A stretch of 58,968 nucleotides of DNA from a virus (taxonomy: Duplodnaviria; Caudoviricetes): positions 1 to 58,968 of the IMG/VR virus record IMGVR_UViG_3300037071_002299; one strand, written 5' to 3'. Below the pieces are notes generated by a model, which saw only the letters and a list, made by a program, of their open reading frames with translations, did not search any database and was not told where the DNA came from. This document shows, one piece after another, positions 44,820 to 54,740 of this stretch; position 1 is the first letter of the stretch; each line of letters opens with the position of its first letter. The position numbers and the translations under genes are program-made.

Positions 44820-46655
44820 GTGAAAGGTCTGCGGATTTTCTTCCTGACGCTGCTCGCGGGCTGTGTACTGCCGGCCCCGCAGCAGGAGCCCGTGCCTCAG
44901 CCGGCGCCTGGCAACCCGAAGGCGCCACTCTTCACGCTGGAGGGCGGCTCAATTGTCGACAGCGGGCGCTTTGAGTTCGGCAAGATTCCGGAGTTGCTGC
45001 TGATCCGTGGCCTGCCGCAGGTGGTGCAACTCGGCTTCTACCAGATCGATCCGGCCAATCCGTGGACGCCCGGCGATCTCGATCGCTCCTTGGGCTGGCT
45101 CTCCAATCGCTTCACCCGACTGGTCGACGCGGCGAGCGGCCAACCGGTCACCATGTTCGGCTACGACGAGCGCACCGGGGAGTTGTCGTACTCGGGCGCT
45201 TGGTCGGGCGACGTCACAGTGCGACTGATGCAGCTGGGCGGTACGGTGCAGTCGCTGCCGTTTCGCATCCGCGTGATCTCACCGACGGTTGTGTACGGCG
45301 ACAACGCGGTGGCGATCAATGCAGAGCACGGCTGGGCGGCCGTGACGTGCCCGGCCGACCTGATCAAATTCGGCGCCTGCAAGAAGAAGTTCAAGGGTGG
45401 TGCGACGGACGTCGCCCCGCTCGTGATCTACATCACGCCGGGCAGCTATGCGGGTCAGGACTGGCACCTGGCGGATCGACCGTACACCTACGTGATCGGC
45501 GATCCGGGTAATCGCCCGACGCTGGCGAACGATGATCTGGCCGGCGGCAAGAAGGCGATGTTCTACATCGCCAACTTGAACCTGATCAACGTCAACATCA
45601 CGCTCACGCACGCGCTGCCGGGGCGCACCAACGACACGGTGCTGCGCAATCTGCGCCAGTGTTGCGAGACGGCGCAGAACAACGGCTACAGCAACCCGAA
45701 CAAGCCGACCTATGCCGACCAGTGGAACGTCTACTGGCATCAATCGGAATCGCGGGGCATGGGTGGCACCGGCAACACGACGCATGCGGCGTACGTGGAG
45801 GGACGGCCGAACTCGCTGTTCGACGTGAACAACATCCGCGTGCTCGGCACTCGAGGCTCCTCGGCGGTCAAGACAACGGTCGCCGAGCTGAACGTGCGCC
45901 ACTCGTTGTTCACGGTTGCAGAGTCGGCCGACGATCTTGCCAACGGCACCTGTGCCACGACCGGCTACTCAAGCGGCTGCCTGATGCACACACCGATCGA
46001 CGTGCCGGGTTACTCCAGCGTCGTGATCTACGGTAATCGCTTTGAGGTGTGGCGCGGCTCGACCGTCGGTGCGACGGTCGGGCGCTCCGGTGTGCTCGCC
46101 GGCACGATCTTCTTCCGGCTGCGGCTGCCGACGCTCGGCTCCGACGTGCCGAACTACCCGAATATATCGTGGAATCCGCCCGTCTCCTCGCAGCGCACGG
46201 ATCTCTCACCGTGCCTGCAGTGGGCCTCCGGCCCGGCGACCTTCACAGACGACAAGTTCTGGCGTGACGTGCGTGCGGTGCCGCTCGCGGACCCGCTCAA
46301 TCCATGCACGTTCAAGCACTACGTGTCGTTCAACACGTTTGTTCAGCTGCCGGGCTCACTGCCGCTGCGCATCCTGCGCGATGACGGCACGTATCCGGCC
46401 AAGGTGACGTCGCAGTTCTCGCCCTTTCAGGACATCCTGCGCAACCACCCGCTGTGGGCGGAGCGATCCACCAGCCTGCTGTACGGCAACACCAACATCG
46501 GTTTCTTGGAAGACCAAGAAATCTACCAGCTCGATGACAAGCCGAACGTCCGCAACGTCGATCCGCTCGCGTTCTGGCCTCGTAGTGAGCCCGAGGATTT
46601 CCCTCGCGTCTTGGACGATCTCGGGAAGGAGTTGCCGCCATGGTTCAAGCTCTGA
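44820..46655 (+). CDS. Large lipoprotein with probable parallel beta-helix domain
   Basis: GTG start, LLAG-C lipobox; THAAYVE...NNIRV...AVKT pattern like right-handed beta-helix proteins. Confidence 0.65.
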   Translation: MKGLRIFFLTLLAGCVLPAPQQEPVPQPAPGNPKAPLFTLEGGSIVDSGRFEFGKIPELLLIRGLPQVVQLGFYQIDPANPWTPGDLDRSLGWLSNRFTRLVDAASGQPVTMFGYDERTGELSYSGAWSGDVTVRLMQLGGTVQSLPFRIRVISPTVVYGDNAVAINAEHGWAAVTCPADLIKFGACKKKFKGGATDVAPLVIYITPGSYAGQDWHLADRPYTYVIGDPGNRPTLANDDLAGGKKAMFYIANLNLINVNITLTHALPGRTNDTVLRNLRQCCETAQNNGYSNPNKPTYADQWNVYWHQSESRGMGGTGNTTHAAYVEGRPNSLFDVNNIRVLGTRGSSAVKTTVAELNVRHSLFTVAESADDLANGTCATTGYSSGCLMHTPIDVPGYSSVVIYGNRFEVWRGSTVGATVGRSGVLAGTIFFRLRLPTLGSDVPNYPNISWNPPVSSQRTDLSPCLQWASGPATFTDDKFWRDVRAVPLADPLNPCTFKHYVSFNTFVQLPGSLPLRILRDDGTYPAKVTSQFSPFQDILRNHPLWAERSTSLLYGNTNIGFLEDQEIYQLDDKPNVRNVDPLAFWPRSEPEDFPRVLDDLGKELPPWFKL

Positions 46656-47281
46656 GGTTGTTCTTGCTGCTGACGCTCGCCTGCGCGAGTCTCGCCCAGG
46701 CACAGGCGGTACCCACCTGCACGGTCACGGCACTGCCGGAGACCGGTGTCGGCAACACGGTGGTCACCGTTACGTGGAAGGCCACGGACGCGGCCGTGTG
46801 TGTGGCGAGCGGCGGCTGGTCCGGTCCGAAGGACTGTGCGGGCGGCAGCCAGCAACTCACCGTGTCGGCGAGTCGCACCTTCACGATGGTCGCGCGTGGC
46901 CCCACCGGCAAGGTGGTCGCGAAGTGGACCAAGCCCACGCAGAACACCGACGGCACCCCTGCGACGGTGACGGGCTTCAAGCTCTACATCGCCGATGCGC
47001 CGACGGGCCTGCCAGCCGCAACGCCAATTGATCTGCCGGTGTCGCCGCTCGAGTACGTCTTCTGGCGCCAGCCAGGCGATGTCAGTGCCGGCGTGAAAGC
47101 GATCCGCAGCGACGGTGTCGAGAGCGTGCTGTCGAACGTCTCATCGAAGAACGTCAACGCGGCCTCGGCCACCTGTGCGGACTCCGTGACGATCACCCCG
47201 CGCGTGAAAGCCCCGGTGCTCACGCTCTCATGGCTCAAGGAACTCTTCACGTTCGATCGCAACAAGGGTGACCAGACATGA
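46640..47281 (+). CDS. Exported FN3/Ig-like protein
   Basis: Signal peptide ending AQA; WTKPTQNTDGT...GFKLY. Confidence 0.7.
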   Translation: MVQALRLFLLLTLACASLAQAQAVPTCTVTALPETGVGNTVVTVTWKATDAAVCVASGGWSGPKDCAGGSQQLTVSASRTFTMVARGPTGKVVAKWTKPTQNTDGTPATVTGFKLYIADAPTGLPAATPIDLPVSPLEYVFWRQPGDVSAGVKAIRSDGVESVLSNVSSKNVNAASATCADSVTITPRVKAPVLTLSWLKELFTFDRNKGDQT

Positions 47282-48153
47282 TTCGATTCGCCATCGCGGC
47301 AGCTTTGCTGCTGAGTTTTTTTACCGCCACGGCGCAAGACCAGCAGGCCGCCGCGCCCGCACCGACCATCAGCGCCGATCCGAAGGCGGTTGCCGTCACA
47401 GTCGCACTGACCGCCTCGCCGCTCACCGGCACCTGTCCGTTCAACATGAACCTGAGTTGGACGGCGTCGAATGCGTCGGTGTGTAACAAGACCGGCGCAT
47501 GGAGCGGCAACGCGGGCGCCTCGGGCTCGGAGTCCGTGCAGGTCAACGCGGCCTCATCCACCTACACGCTCACCTGCTCCTCGAGCACCGACAGCCGCAC
47601 AGTGTCGTGGACGAACCCGACGCAGAACACTGACGGCACGGCGGCGAGCCTCTCGGGCAACAAGGTCTTTCACTCGGCGAACTCGAGCACCATCGAGTCG
47701 CAGAATCCGGCCATCGTCCTGACACCCGCGAAGACCACCTACGTGCTGGCCGGGCTGCCGGCGGGTCCGCGGGTGGTGGGTGTGAAGGCAACCGGGCCTG
47801 CACCAAGCCTGCTTGACTCACAGATGAGTTCACTCGCGAGCTTCACCGTCGTGCTGCCGACCGGTGCCGATACGGTGCAGGCCGGTTGCACCACGCCGCC
47901 AGAGCCGAAGCCACCGACCGCCGTGACAATTTCCTCGACGGTCTGGGAAGTGATCCATAACTTCTACGGCAACTATGTCGGGCGCGACGTGGGCACGGTG
48001 GCACTGAATCAACGCTGCCTCGGGCCGGATGCCTACATCACGCAGGGTGAGGGCATCGAGTACTGGGGCGTGCCTCGAGCGAAGGTGAAGATTTATCGCA
48101 AGCCGAAATCCGATCTGCTGGTCGGTCGGTGTGAACTCCAAGCAGCTACGTGA
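47278..48153 (+). CDS. Exported FN3/Ig-like protein (paralog of previous)
   Basis: Signal peptide; LSWTAS...C..GAWSG, WTNPTQNTDGT. Confidence 0.7.
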   Translation: MIRFAIAAALLLSFFTATAQDQQAAAPAPTISADPKAVAVTVALTASPLTGTCPFNMNLSWTASNASVCNKTGAWSGNAGASGSESVQVNAASSTYTLTCSSSTDSRTVSWTNPTQNTDGTAASLSGNKVFHSANSSTIESQNPAIVLTPAKTTYVLAGLPAGPRVVGVKATGPAPSLLDSQMSSLASFTVVLPTGADTVQAGCTTPPEPKPPTAVTISSTVWEVIHNFYGNYVGRDVGTVALNQRCLGPDAYITQGEGIEYWGVPRAKVKIYRKPKSDLLVGRCELQAAT

Positions 48154-48173
48154 TCACGCAGGAGCAATGAGTC

Positions 48174-48545
48174 ATGGCGAAATTCACACCCGATGCGGTC
48201 CTCGACAAGATGGCCGACTACATCATCGCGAACGCGACCACGGAGTATCTGTGCTCCGGACAGCCGACGAACTTCGCCGGTATCGCGGCAGTTGCGCTCG
48301 CGGACGTCGCGATTGACAGCGGCGACTTCACCAAGGGCGACGGCACACCCGACGGGCGCGATGTCGACGTGGCCGGTCAGGCGGATGTGGTGATCGATAC
48401 CAGTGGCACGGCCAATCACGTCGCGCTCGCGAGCGGCAGCGAGCTCTTGTACGTCACGACCTGTCCGGACAAGGTGCTCACCTCGGGCGGTGGCAACGTC
48501 GCGGCCATCGCCGGGTTCACGATCACGCTCCGCGATCCGACCTGA
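48174..48545 (+). CDS. Putative virion structural protein
   Basis: AGGAG RBS; MAK..DAVLD, GTANHVAL motifs seen in phage fibre modules. Confidence 0.65.
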   Translation: MAKFTPDAVLDKMADYIIANATTEYLCSGQPTNFAGIAAVALADVAIDSGDFTKGDGTPDGRDVDVAGQADVVIDTSGTANHVALASGSELLYVTTCPDKVLTSGGGNVAAIAGFTITLRDPT

Positions 48546-48561
48546 CCGGTGAGGCAGCGCC

Positions 48562-49059
48562 ATGTCCTGTCGCATCGACCAGACGCTGTGCAAAACGCCC
48601 GAAGAGGAGAAGCTACGCGGCTTCGACTACACCAAGTTCCTGGCGAACGTCTGGACCGCCTCCAGCGTCTACTTGGCAGGCGAGGTCGTGCGCCCACCGA
48701 AAGCCACCGGCTTCCAGTACCGGGCATTGAACGATGGACAGACCCGCGCCTCCGCGCCGACGTTCCCGACCACCGACGGTGCCACCAAGACGGATGGCAC
48801 GGTGGTGTGGCAGGCGGAGCCCATCGACAACGACAGCCTCCGCAGCACCATCGCCGCCTCCGTCTGGAACGCCGACGACAGCAGCATCACGTTTGCCGAT
48901 CAGGCGATCGACAACACCGCCGGCCGGCAACGCACCAGTGTCATCATCGGCGGCGGCGTCCCCGGTGCTACCCATACCGTGATCAACACGACTACGATGT
49001 CTGACGGGAGCACCGAGGAGATGGGCATCGCAGTGGAGATCAGCGCACTTGATGTGTAG
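48562..49059 (+). CDS. Putative fibre adaptor with carbohydrate-binding-like insert
   Basis: KTPEE..FDY; W.ASSVY..GEVV..P, DGTVVW; GG..G..H.V.N. Confidence 0.55.
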   Translation: MSCRIDQTLCKTPEEEKLRGFDYTKFLANVWTASSVYLAGEVVRPPKATGFQYRALNDGQTRASAPTFPTTDGATKTDGTVVWQAEPIDNDSLRSTIAASVWNADDSSITFADQAIDNTAGRQRTSVIIGGGVPGATHTVINTTTMSDGSTEEMGIAVEISALDV

Positions 49060-49146
49060 TTACTGCGGCCACCGCCGGGAGGTTAGCCATGTGCGGAATG
49101 TGCGCTCGAGCCCGAGCGTGGGCGAAGAAGTGGGGCGGGATCGCCC

Positions 49147-49398
49147 GTGAGCGCGCCCTCGCCCTCCGCCGTCGAGGCAGTGATCCGCGAGTTGGCGATC
49201 GCGCTGACGCAGCTCGCCGTGGCGCTGAATCGTCAGACGCAGGCGATGCTGGAACTAGCCGAGCAGACTCGTCAATTGGTGCAAAGCGTGTCCGAAAGCG
49301 CAGCCGCAGCGGAAACGGGCGCCTCGGGCAGCAATAGCGAGGACCAGGATCACCTGCCGACCCACGGCTTGGATGGACAACCGATCATCTACCGCTAG
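49147..49398 (+). CDS. Hypothetical coiled-coil protein
   Basis: Helical heptad composition; overlaps alternative ORF 49089-49337. Confidence 0.45.
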   Translation: MSAPSPSAVEAVIRELAIALTQLAVALNRQTQAMLELAEQTRQLVQSVSESAAAAETGASGSNSEDQDHLPTHGLDGQPIIYR

Positions 49399-49529
49399 GA
49401 GACCTCCGATGGAAAACCCCAATCCCGTGCCGGATGAGACGCCCCCGGAGGACGACCCGGAGGATGGGGACGAGGACTGACGCCTGTCGCCCAGAATCGA
49501 CGATCGGCTGAACCCCCTCCCCTCCCACC

Positions 49530-50300
49530 ATGCCCGACCGTCCGCCTCAGCACGCGCCACGGGGGAGCCCCAGACGGCATTCGGTGGCGACCAACGACTG
49601 GGGCAAGTCGCGGGGCCGGAAGATGTCGAGCCGCCCATGGGAGCGGCTGCGGCAGCAGGTACTGGCACGGGACCGCTACCTCTGTCAGCGATGCCTTGCC
49701 TTTGGCCGGGTGACCCGTGCCACCGAGGTCGACCACGTCATCCCCCTCGAGCAGGGTGGTCGGGAGGACGATTCCCGCAACTGCCAGTCCCTGTGTCACG
49801 ACTGCCACCTCATCAAGACCGCCACAGAGCGCCGTGGGGCGGCGGCGCGGCCGGAGTGGCTACCGACCCCCCGCTGCCCCGTGACGCTGCTCACCGGGCC
49901 TCCGGGGGCCGGCAAGACGACGTATGCGCGGGCTCACCGGGCACCGGGCGACGTAGTGGTCGACTTGGACGACTGTTTCTTCGACATCTGCGGGGTCCAC
50001 GGGCACACCGCCGACCGCGCCCATCTGGGCGCCGCCCTGCGGTTGCGCAACGCCCGCTTGGCGGACTTGGCCCGCAAGTCGATCACCGGGCGGGCATGGG
50101 TCATCGTCGGTGCGCCAACGAGGGAGGAGGAGCAATGGTGGGTTACCAAGCTCGGCGACGCGCAGCACTTGAGGCTCGATCCCGGCGTCGAAGTCTTGCG
50201 GCTGCGTATCAGTCCGGCCCGTTTTCAGTTGGCGGAGCAGTGGTACGCCGAGCGCAATATCAGCCCGGTGGAGATCCAGTTGGCGGACCCGGTCTCCTGA
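49530..50300 (+). CDS. HNH endonuclease fused to P-loop NTPase
   Basis: RDRYLCQRC...VDHVIP...N.QSLC..CH..KT; GPPGAGKTT; VVDLD. Confidence 0.88.
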   Translation: MPDRPPQHAPRGSPRRHSVATNDWGKSRGRKMSSRPWERLRQQVLARDRYLCQRCLAFGRVTRATEVDHVIPLEQGGREDDSRNCQSLCHDCHLIKTATERRGAAARPEWLPTPRCPVTLLTGPPGAGKTTYARAHRAPGDVVVDLDDCFFDICGVHGHTADRAHLGAALRLRNARLADLARKSITGRAWVIVGAPTREEEQWWVTKLGDAQHLRLDPGVEVLRLRISPARFQLAEQWYAERNISPVEIQLADPVS

Positions 50301-50515
50301 TCAGCCCGGTCATTTTTCAGTGCGGCTGGAACTCGAGCCAGTGGCTGCGGCAGGTGCTGGCGCCACGGGAATGCGTCGACGCCTGCCTGCCCTCGCCGGT
50401 CGAGGAGGCATGGCTCGCCGACCTCGCGACCTGGTGGCCGGAGGTCAGCCCCGCGAATGCCGCGAGCCGTGCGGCATCAGCCCCGACGATATTCGGATTC
50501 CGCCGAACTCGCTGA

Positions 50516-50746
50516 TCAGTATCGCCACTCGCTGCCGACGGCCAGCTTGTAGGCGGTGACCGCCGCGCGGAACGCCTCGTACCACGCCAGAACCGCGTCG
50601 TCGGCTTTCGCCAGTTTCTTGAGCGCCGCGGGCGGTATGCGGTTGCCCTTGTAGTACGGGTTCCACCCGAAGTGCTCGCCACGGTCGGCGAGGGCGCGCG
50701 CGGTCTCGCTGAGTGCGCCTATGGACAGCTGCGTGGTTCGTTTCAC
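50516..50746 (-). CDS. Hypothetical early protein
   Basis: GTGA overlap with upstream gene. Confidence 0.55.
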   Translation of the reverse strand: MKRTTQLSIGALSETARALADRGEHFGWNPYYKGNRIPPAALKKLAKADDAVLAWYEAFRAAVTAYKLAVGSEWRY

Positions 50747-51072
50747 TGGCCCAACTCCACCCGGCCATCGACATAGACCGTGACGGCGCGCGCGCCCTTG
50801 CGGTACGTCTGGACGAGATCATCGCGATCCGGGTCCGTGCCCTCGTTGGAGATCATGACGGTCGCGCGGCGCTCGGAGGCGACGTCTTGGGCGAGCGCGA
50901 TGGCGACGACGAGGTCGGTGCAATCGCCTGCGTACTTGCCCTCGCACCAAAGGTAATAGCTGATCGGGAGCCGTTCCGCGATCGCGATCAGCCGCTCGCC
51001 GCTCGGCAGCAATTTGCCGTCGATCATGTAGTCGTTCAGCGCCAGTGAGTGTAGCCATTGGCGGTCGTTCAT
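50743..51072 (-). CDS. Hypothetical early protein
   Basis: CACGGGAG RBS. Confidence 0.7.
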   Translation of the reverse strand: MNDRQWLHSLALNDYMIDGKLLPSGERLIAIAERLPISYYLWCEGKYAGDCTDLVVAIALAQDVASERRATVMISNEGTDPDRDDLVQTYRKGARAVTVYVDGRVELGQ

Positions 51073-51116
51073 GTGTTGCTCCCGTGTGAAAGTTAGAAAA
51101 TCAGCCTGTCAGGATT

Positions 51117-51437
51117 TCAGTTCTCCGGCTGCGTGCGCAGTGAGCGCGCCGGGCGGATGTCCCGCAGCGTCACGTCGATCCGCATCAGCAGTTCCGGTGA
51201 CATATCATCGGCATCGAGCAGTGCGGCACGCGCGCGCGTGAGCACTTCCAGCAGTTCGCACCGCTCGGTCTGAGCCTTGAGCATGGCCGTGCAGATGCGC
51301 TCCGCGACCGAGCGCGGGTTGTCGCTGCCGTTGCCGCTGCCAACGTCGGCATCCAGATAGTGCAGCGCGGCGGTGCGTACCTGCGAGAAGAAGTCGAACC
51401 AGGACGTGCTGCCGAGCGTTGACGTGTTGTCTTTCAT
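51117..51437 (-). CDS. Hypothetical early protein
   Basis: GGAG RBS before MKDNTS; stop inside 22-bp motif. Confidence 0.65.
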   Translation of the reverse strand: MKDNTSTLGSTSWFDFFSQVRTAALHYLDADVGSGNGSDNPRSVAERICTAMLKAQTERCELLEVLTRARAALLDADDMSPELLMRIDVTLRDIRPARSLRTQPEN

Positions 51438-51481
51438 TGTGGTTTCTCCAAGTGGATGTGCGGGATCAGCCCGTCGAATTT

Positions 51482-51688
51482 TCAGTCGATTGGCCGGATC
51501 AGTTTCGCCCCTTCCCACGGCATGTAGCCGCCGTAGTCGTCGCGGGCGCGCATGATGATGACAGCATCCATCGCCGCAGGCCGCGACGTGAAGGGGCCGT
51601 CGGCATCGCGCCAGAGGCCAAAGCGGCGGCGCTGGACGTAGAATGTCCATCGCTGGCGCTCGATTCGTTGCACGATTCGTCGTTTCAT
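51482..51688 (-). CDS. Hypothetical early protein
   Basis: CACGGGAG RBS before MKRRIV; stop inside motif. Confidence 0.65.
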   Translation of the reverse strand: MKRRIVQRIERQRWTFYVQRRRFGLWRDADGPFTSRPAAMDAVIIMRARDDYGGYMPWEGAKLIRPID

Positions 51689-51716
51689 CGTCGTCTCCCG
51701 TGTGAAGGGGCTGCGA

Positions 51717-51977
51717 TCAGCCCCGTGAATTTTCAGTCGTTGTCGGCGCAGGCCGCAAGGGTGCTGGATTGCGCACGCAGAGCCGGTGTCCGTACTTCTC
51801 CATGAACAGGCCGCCCGGTGCGATGCGCTCGATGGCCTCGCGGATTTCCTCGGCAGCGAAGCCAGGTTCATCGTAGTCGGTCGCCCGCGTGCCCAGTTCC
51901 TTCGCGCAGAGCATCGTCATGTCTGCGAAGAAATCGTATAGGTCGGCGTAGCAAGGACTCTCTCGTTTGGTCGTCAT
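51717..51977 (-). CDS. Hypothetical early protein
   Basis: CACGGGAG RBS before MTTKRE; stop inside motif. Confidence 0.65.
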   Translation of the reverse strand: MTTKRESPCYADLYDFFADMTMLCAKELGTRATDYDEPGFAAEEIREAIERIAPGGLFMEKYGHRLCVRNPAPLRPAPTTTENSRG

Positions 51978-52003
51978 GTGTTTCTCCCGTGTGTGTGTGT
52001 CAG

Positions 52004-52030
52004 AAAAGGGGCGGGCTCGCAACCCGCCCC
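52004..52030 (-). terminator. Intrinsic terminator after DUF932-like gene
   Basis: Minus strand GGGGCGGG-TTGCGAG-CCCGCCCC-TTTT. Confidence 0.7.
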
Positions 52031-52037
52031 AGTTCAC

Positions 52038-53114
52038 TCATGCCGCCTGTCGGAGTTCCGCCCCGGCGACCCGCTGCCAGTCGGAGCGGGGCAAGGTGAT
52101 GATGTTGCCGCCGATCTTCTCCAACTCGGTCGCCCGGTCGTAGCTCTCGGCATCGTTCGCCAGATTGGTCACGGCATTCGCCATGCCGTAGAGCGTGTAG
52201 TCGCGGCCCTGTATGAGTCGTTCCAGCACGCTCTCCTGCTCGCCTTGCAGCAGCCCGACCGTCTTGGCGAGCAACTGCACGGCAGCCTGCGGGCTCTTGA
52301 CGGGCTCGGTATCCGCCGCATCGCGTAGCTTGGCGACGATCTTATCCAGCATCACTTCGCTGGTGGCCGCGCGGATCATGTCGCGCATCTTGAGCAGGAT
52401 TGCGGAGTCCTCGGCGCGCATGGTGTCCTCGGCCAGCACGACCCCCTCGGGCAGTTCCAGGCGCGAGCCGACGTGTGCGCGCCGCCACTTGTACTCGGCC
52501 ACGACCATGCCGTTTGTGCAGCGCAGCCGCTCGATCCACGGATCGACGTAGAGCGAGCCGTCGCCAATCTCGGAGTTGCCGATGATGACGCCAGCACGCA
52601 CCGGGTCGCCCACCTTGACGTCGCGCAGCAGGCTCGTCACCACCGCCTTGATGTAGAGCCGCCGCTCGGTGACTTCGCAACTCACCACCTGCACGTCGGA
52701 GCGTTCCAGCAGGGCCGGCAGCGTCGTCTCCGCGACGTGTTCATGGTCGATGCGCTGGTAGCGGTCAGAGAGCAGCGCACGGGCCGAGCCGTCGAGCGTG
52801 CGGACCATGTGCCGCGCGTCGGACTTACGGAACCAGTGATTGACGTTGCGCTCCCACAGGTCGGAGTCCGACTCGCCCAGCAGGCGGTCGTAGTACGCCT
52901 TGGCAATGCCAGTCTTCTCGGCAATCTGCCCGTGCGTGTGCTGGTTGACGTTGAACAACTCATCGCCCGCACCGTTGACGAACAGGGTGGGCGCACGATC
53001 GAGGCCCATGCGCGTTGCGCTGATGTGCTGTGCGGGCACGATGTAGTCGTGCTTCGCACCTGATTGCCGCATGATTTCAGCGGCGAGTTCCTGCAAGTTT
53101 CTGCCTGTTTTCAT
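52038..53114 (-). CDS. DUF932-like protein
   Basis: RALLSDRY, I.NSE.G.GS, RLRCTNGM, R.HVG, NAVT motifs. Confidence 0.8.
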   Translation of the reverse strand: MKTGRNLQELAAEIMRQSGAKHDYIVPAQHISATRMGLDRAPTLFVNGAGDELFNVNQHTHGQIAEKTGIAKAYYDRLLGESDSDLWERNVNHWFRKSDARHMVRTLDGSARALLSDRYQRIDHEHVAETTLPALLERSDVQVVSCEVTERRLYIKAVVTSLLRDVKVGDPVRAGVIIGNSEIGDGSLYVDPWIERLRCTNGMVVAEYKWRRAHVGSRLELPEGVVLAEDTMRAEDSAILLKMRDMIRAATSEVMLDKIVAKLRDAADTEPVKSPQAAVQLLAKTVGLLQGEQESVLERLIQGRDYTLYGMANAVTNLANDAESYDRATELEKIGGNIITLPRSDWQRVAGAELRQAA

Positions 53115-53148
53115 GGTCGAAAGTCTCCCGTGTGGTTGATGGAAAAAA

Positions 53149-53520
53149 TCAGCCCGTGGCGTTCTGAGTCAGGCGGGCAAAGAGCGTGTGCGGGAACAGA
53201 AACCGCTTGCCGTCATCGCGCGCCGCAATGATCTTGCTGCCTCGGTTCGCACCGACGACCGTGAAGGTGCGTACACCCTGCTTGAAGGTTGTGCCGAGCG
53301 CGGGCAGCTTATCGTCGTACTTGCGGCGCATCTCGTACTCTGCGGCCTGCCTGTCGAGCCCGCCCTCGACGACGCCCTCGACCGAAAAGGTGAAGGAGTC
53401 GTCGCGGTACTTGCACCCGTCTGCCGTCAGCGACTTGAGCCCGTGACGCTTCGCGACCTCGACCAGTGCGGCGTCGATGTCGGCGCGCAGAACGCGCAGG
53501 AAGTCTCTTGAAATGGTCAT
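53149..53520 (-). CDS. Hypothetical early protein
   Basis: CACGGGAG RBS; stop inside motif. Confidence 0.7.
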   Translation of the reverse strand: MTISRDFLRVLRADIDAALVEVAKRHGLKSLTADGCKYRDDSFTFSVEGVVEGGLDRQAAEYEMRRKYDDKLPALGTTFKQGVRTFTVVGANRGSKIIAARDDGKRFLFPHTLFARLTQNATG

Positions 53521-53567
53521 TGATGGTCTCCCGTGTTGAGTGGAGGCGGGATCAGCCCGCCGAAGTT

Positions 53568-53768
53568 TCAGTTGAGAGTATGCGCCCGTGACCTGTCACT
53601 GGTCAATGCCTCGTACTCTTGGTCAAGGTAGTCAAGCAGATACTTGACGTAACCCGTGGCGAGCCGGTATCCGTCGAAGTCGAACTCCTGGTCGAATCGC
53701 TCGCACGCCTCGCAAAAAGCGTTGCGCAGCCGCTCGACCCGCGCGGGTGTGAATGTGATGGTCTGCAT
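53568..53768 (-). CDS. Hypothetical early protein
   Basis: CACGGGAG RBS; F.FDG..L...Y.KYL..YL; stop inside motif. Confidence 0.7.
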   Translation of the reverse strand: MQTITFTPARVERLRNAFCEACERFDQEFDFDGYRLATGYVKYLLDYLDQEYEALTSDRSRAHTLN

Positions 53769-53815
53769 GGTCGTGTCTCCCGTGATGGTGGATGGAAAAT
53801 CAGCCCGTCAGGATT

Positions 53816-54127
53816 TCAAGTCAAATCGGCAGCATCGTCGTCAAATTCGTTAATGTCGCGAATCACGCGACCTGTCTCACGCACCGCTTGCGCGATCACT
53901 TCTAGGCTGTCCGAGCCCCATTCGGTGCCGTCGAGTACTTGGTGAATACACTCAACTGCCTCGGTGTCTGTAATCGTCGTTCGCTCGTCCCGCTCGCGCG
54001 CGACGTTGGCGCGGCGCTTGGCCTCACTGGCGATGCGGTCCATGAGCGCGATGTACTCGGGCAGTTCCGGCCCGCCGAGTTCCTCGGCTTGCTGTAGCGC
54101 GTCGAGAATGTCTGTTTCGATGGTCAT
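53816..54127 (-). CDS. Acidic hypothetical early protein
   Basis: CACGGGAG RBS; stop inside motif. Confidence 0.7.
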   Translation of the reverse strand: MTIETDILDALQQAEELGGPELPEYIALMDRIASEAKRRANVARERDERTTITDTEAVECIHQVLDGTEWGSDSLEVIAQAVRETGRVIRDINEFDDDAADLT

Positions 54128-54170
54128 GTCAGTCTCCCGTGTTGAGTGGAAAAATCAGCCCGTGCGGTTT

Positions 54171-54740
54171 TCAGTGCGGGCAGGGTCCGGTGTAGTGCGG
54201 GCCGTTGCTGCGCTCGCACTCATCGCACCCGTTCGGACTGCCGAAGCCGTGCGCCTCGGCCAGCCGGTCGATGATGCGAGTGGCGACCGCGCGATCGAAT
54301 CCCAGGCGCGCCTGGAAGTCGTCGAGCATGTCGAGCATCTCGTCATAGCGCGATGGACTGTCGAGGCACTCGACCTGTTCCAGAAAGAGCCCGCCGAGGC
54401 CGAGCCGGTGCATCTCGCGCCCCGCGTCCGCGATGGCGTCGGGAATGAGTCCGGTATCAGCCCGCCGGTATCCGAGTTCAGGGTGCGCAAGCGCAGTCCA
54501 TGCCGCGCCGCCCGTCAGGCGGGACACGTCGCCCGCGTTCGGCGGCGCATCGCGCTCGTCCAGTACGGCGATGCACGCCCAATCGAAGCGAGCCTCATGC
54601 ACGGCAGTCACTTGGCAGAGCAGGCGTCCAGCGTGCCAGCCCGTCAGCCCCTTGCCCGACCACGGGCGGCGGAATTCGGAAACGAATATCGCCCCCGGCT
54701 GAATGTCGTCCCGCGTGAGGCGGTTCACGGCTGCACCCAT
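54171..54740 (-). CDS. Hypothetical early protein with C-terminal CxxC..H..C.H
   Basis: Operon chain; stop inside motif. Confidence 0.6.
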   Translation of the reverse strand: MGAAVNRLTRDDIQPGAIFVSEFRRPWSGKGLTGWHAGRLLCQVTAVHEARFDWACIAVLDERDAPPNAGDVSRLTGGAAWTALAHPELGYRRADTGLIPDAIADAGREMHRLGLGGLFLEQVECLDSPSRYDEMLDMLDDFQARLGFDRAVATRIIDRLAEAHGFGSPNGCDECERSNGPHYTGPCPH

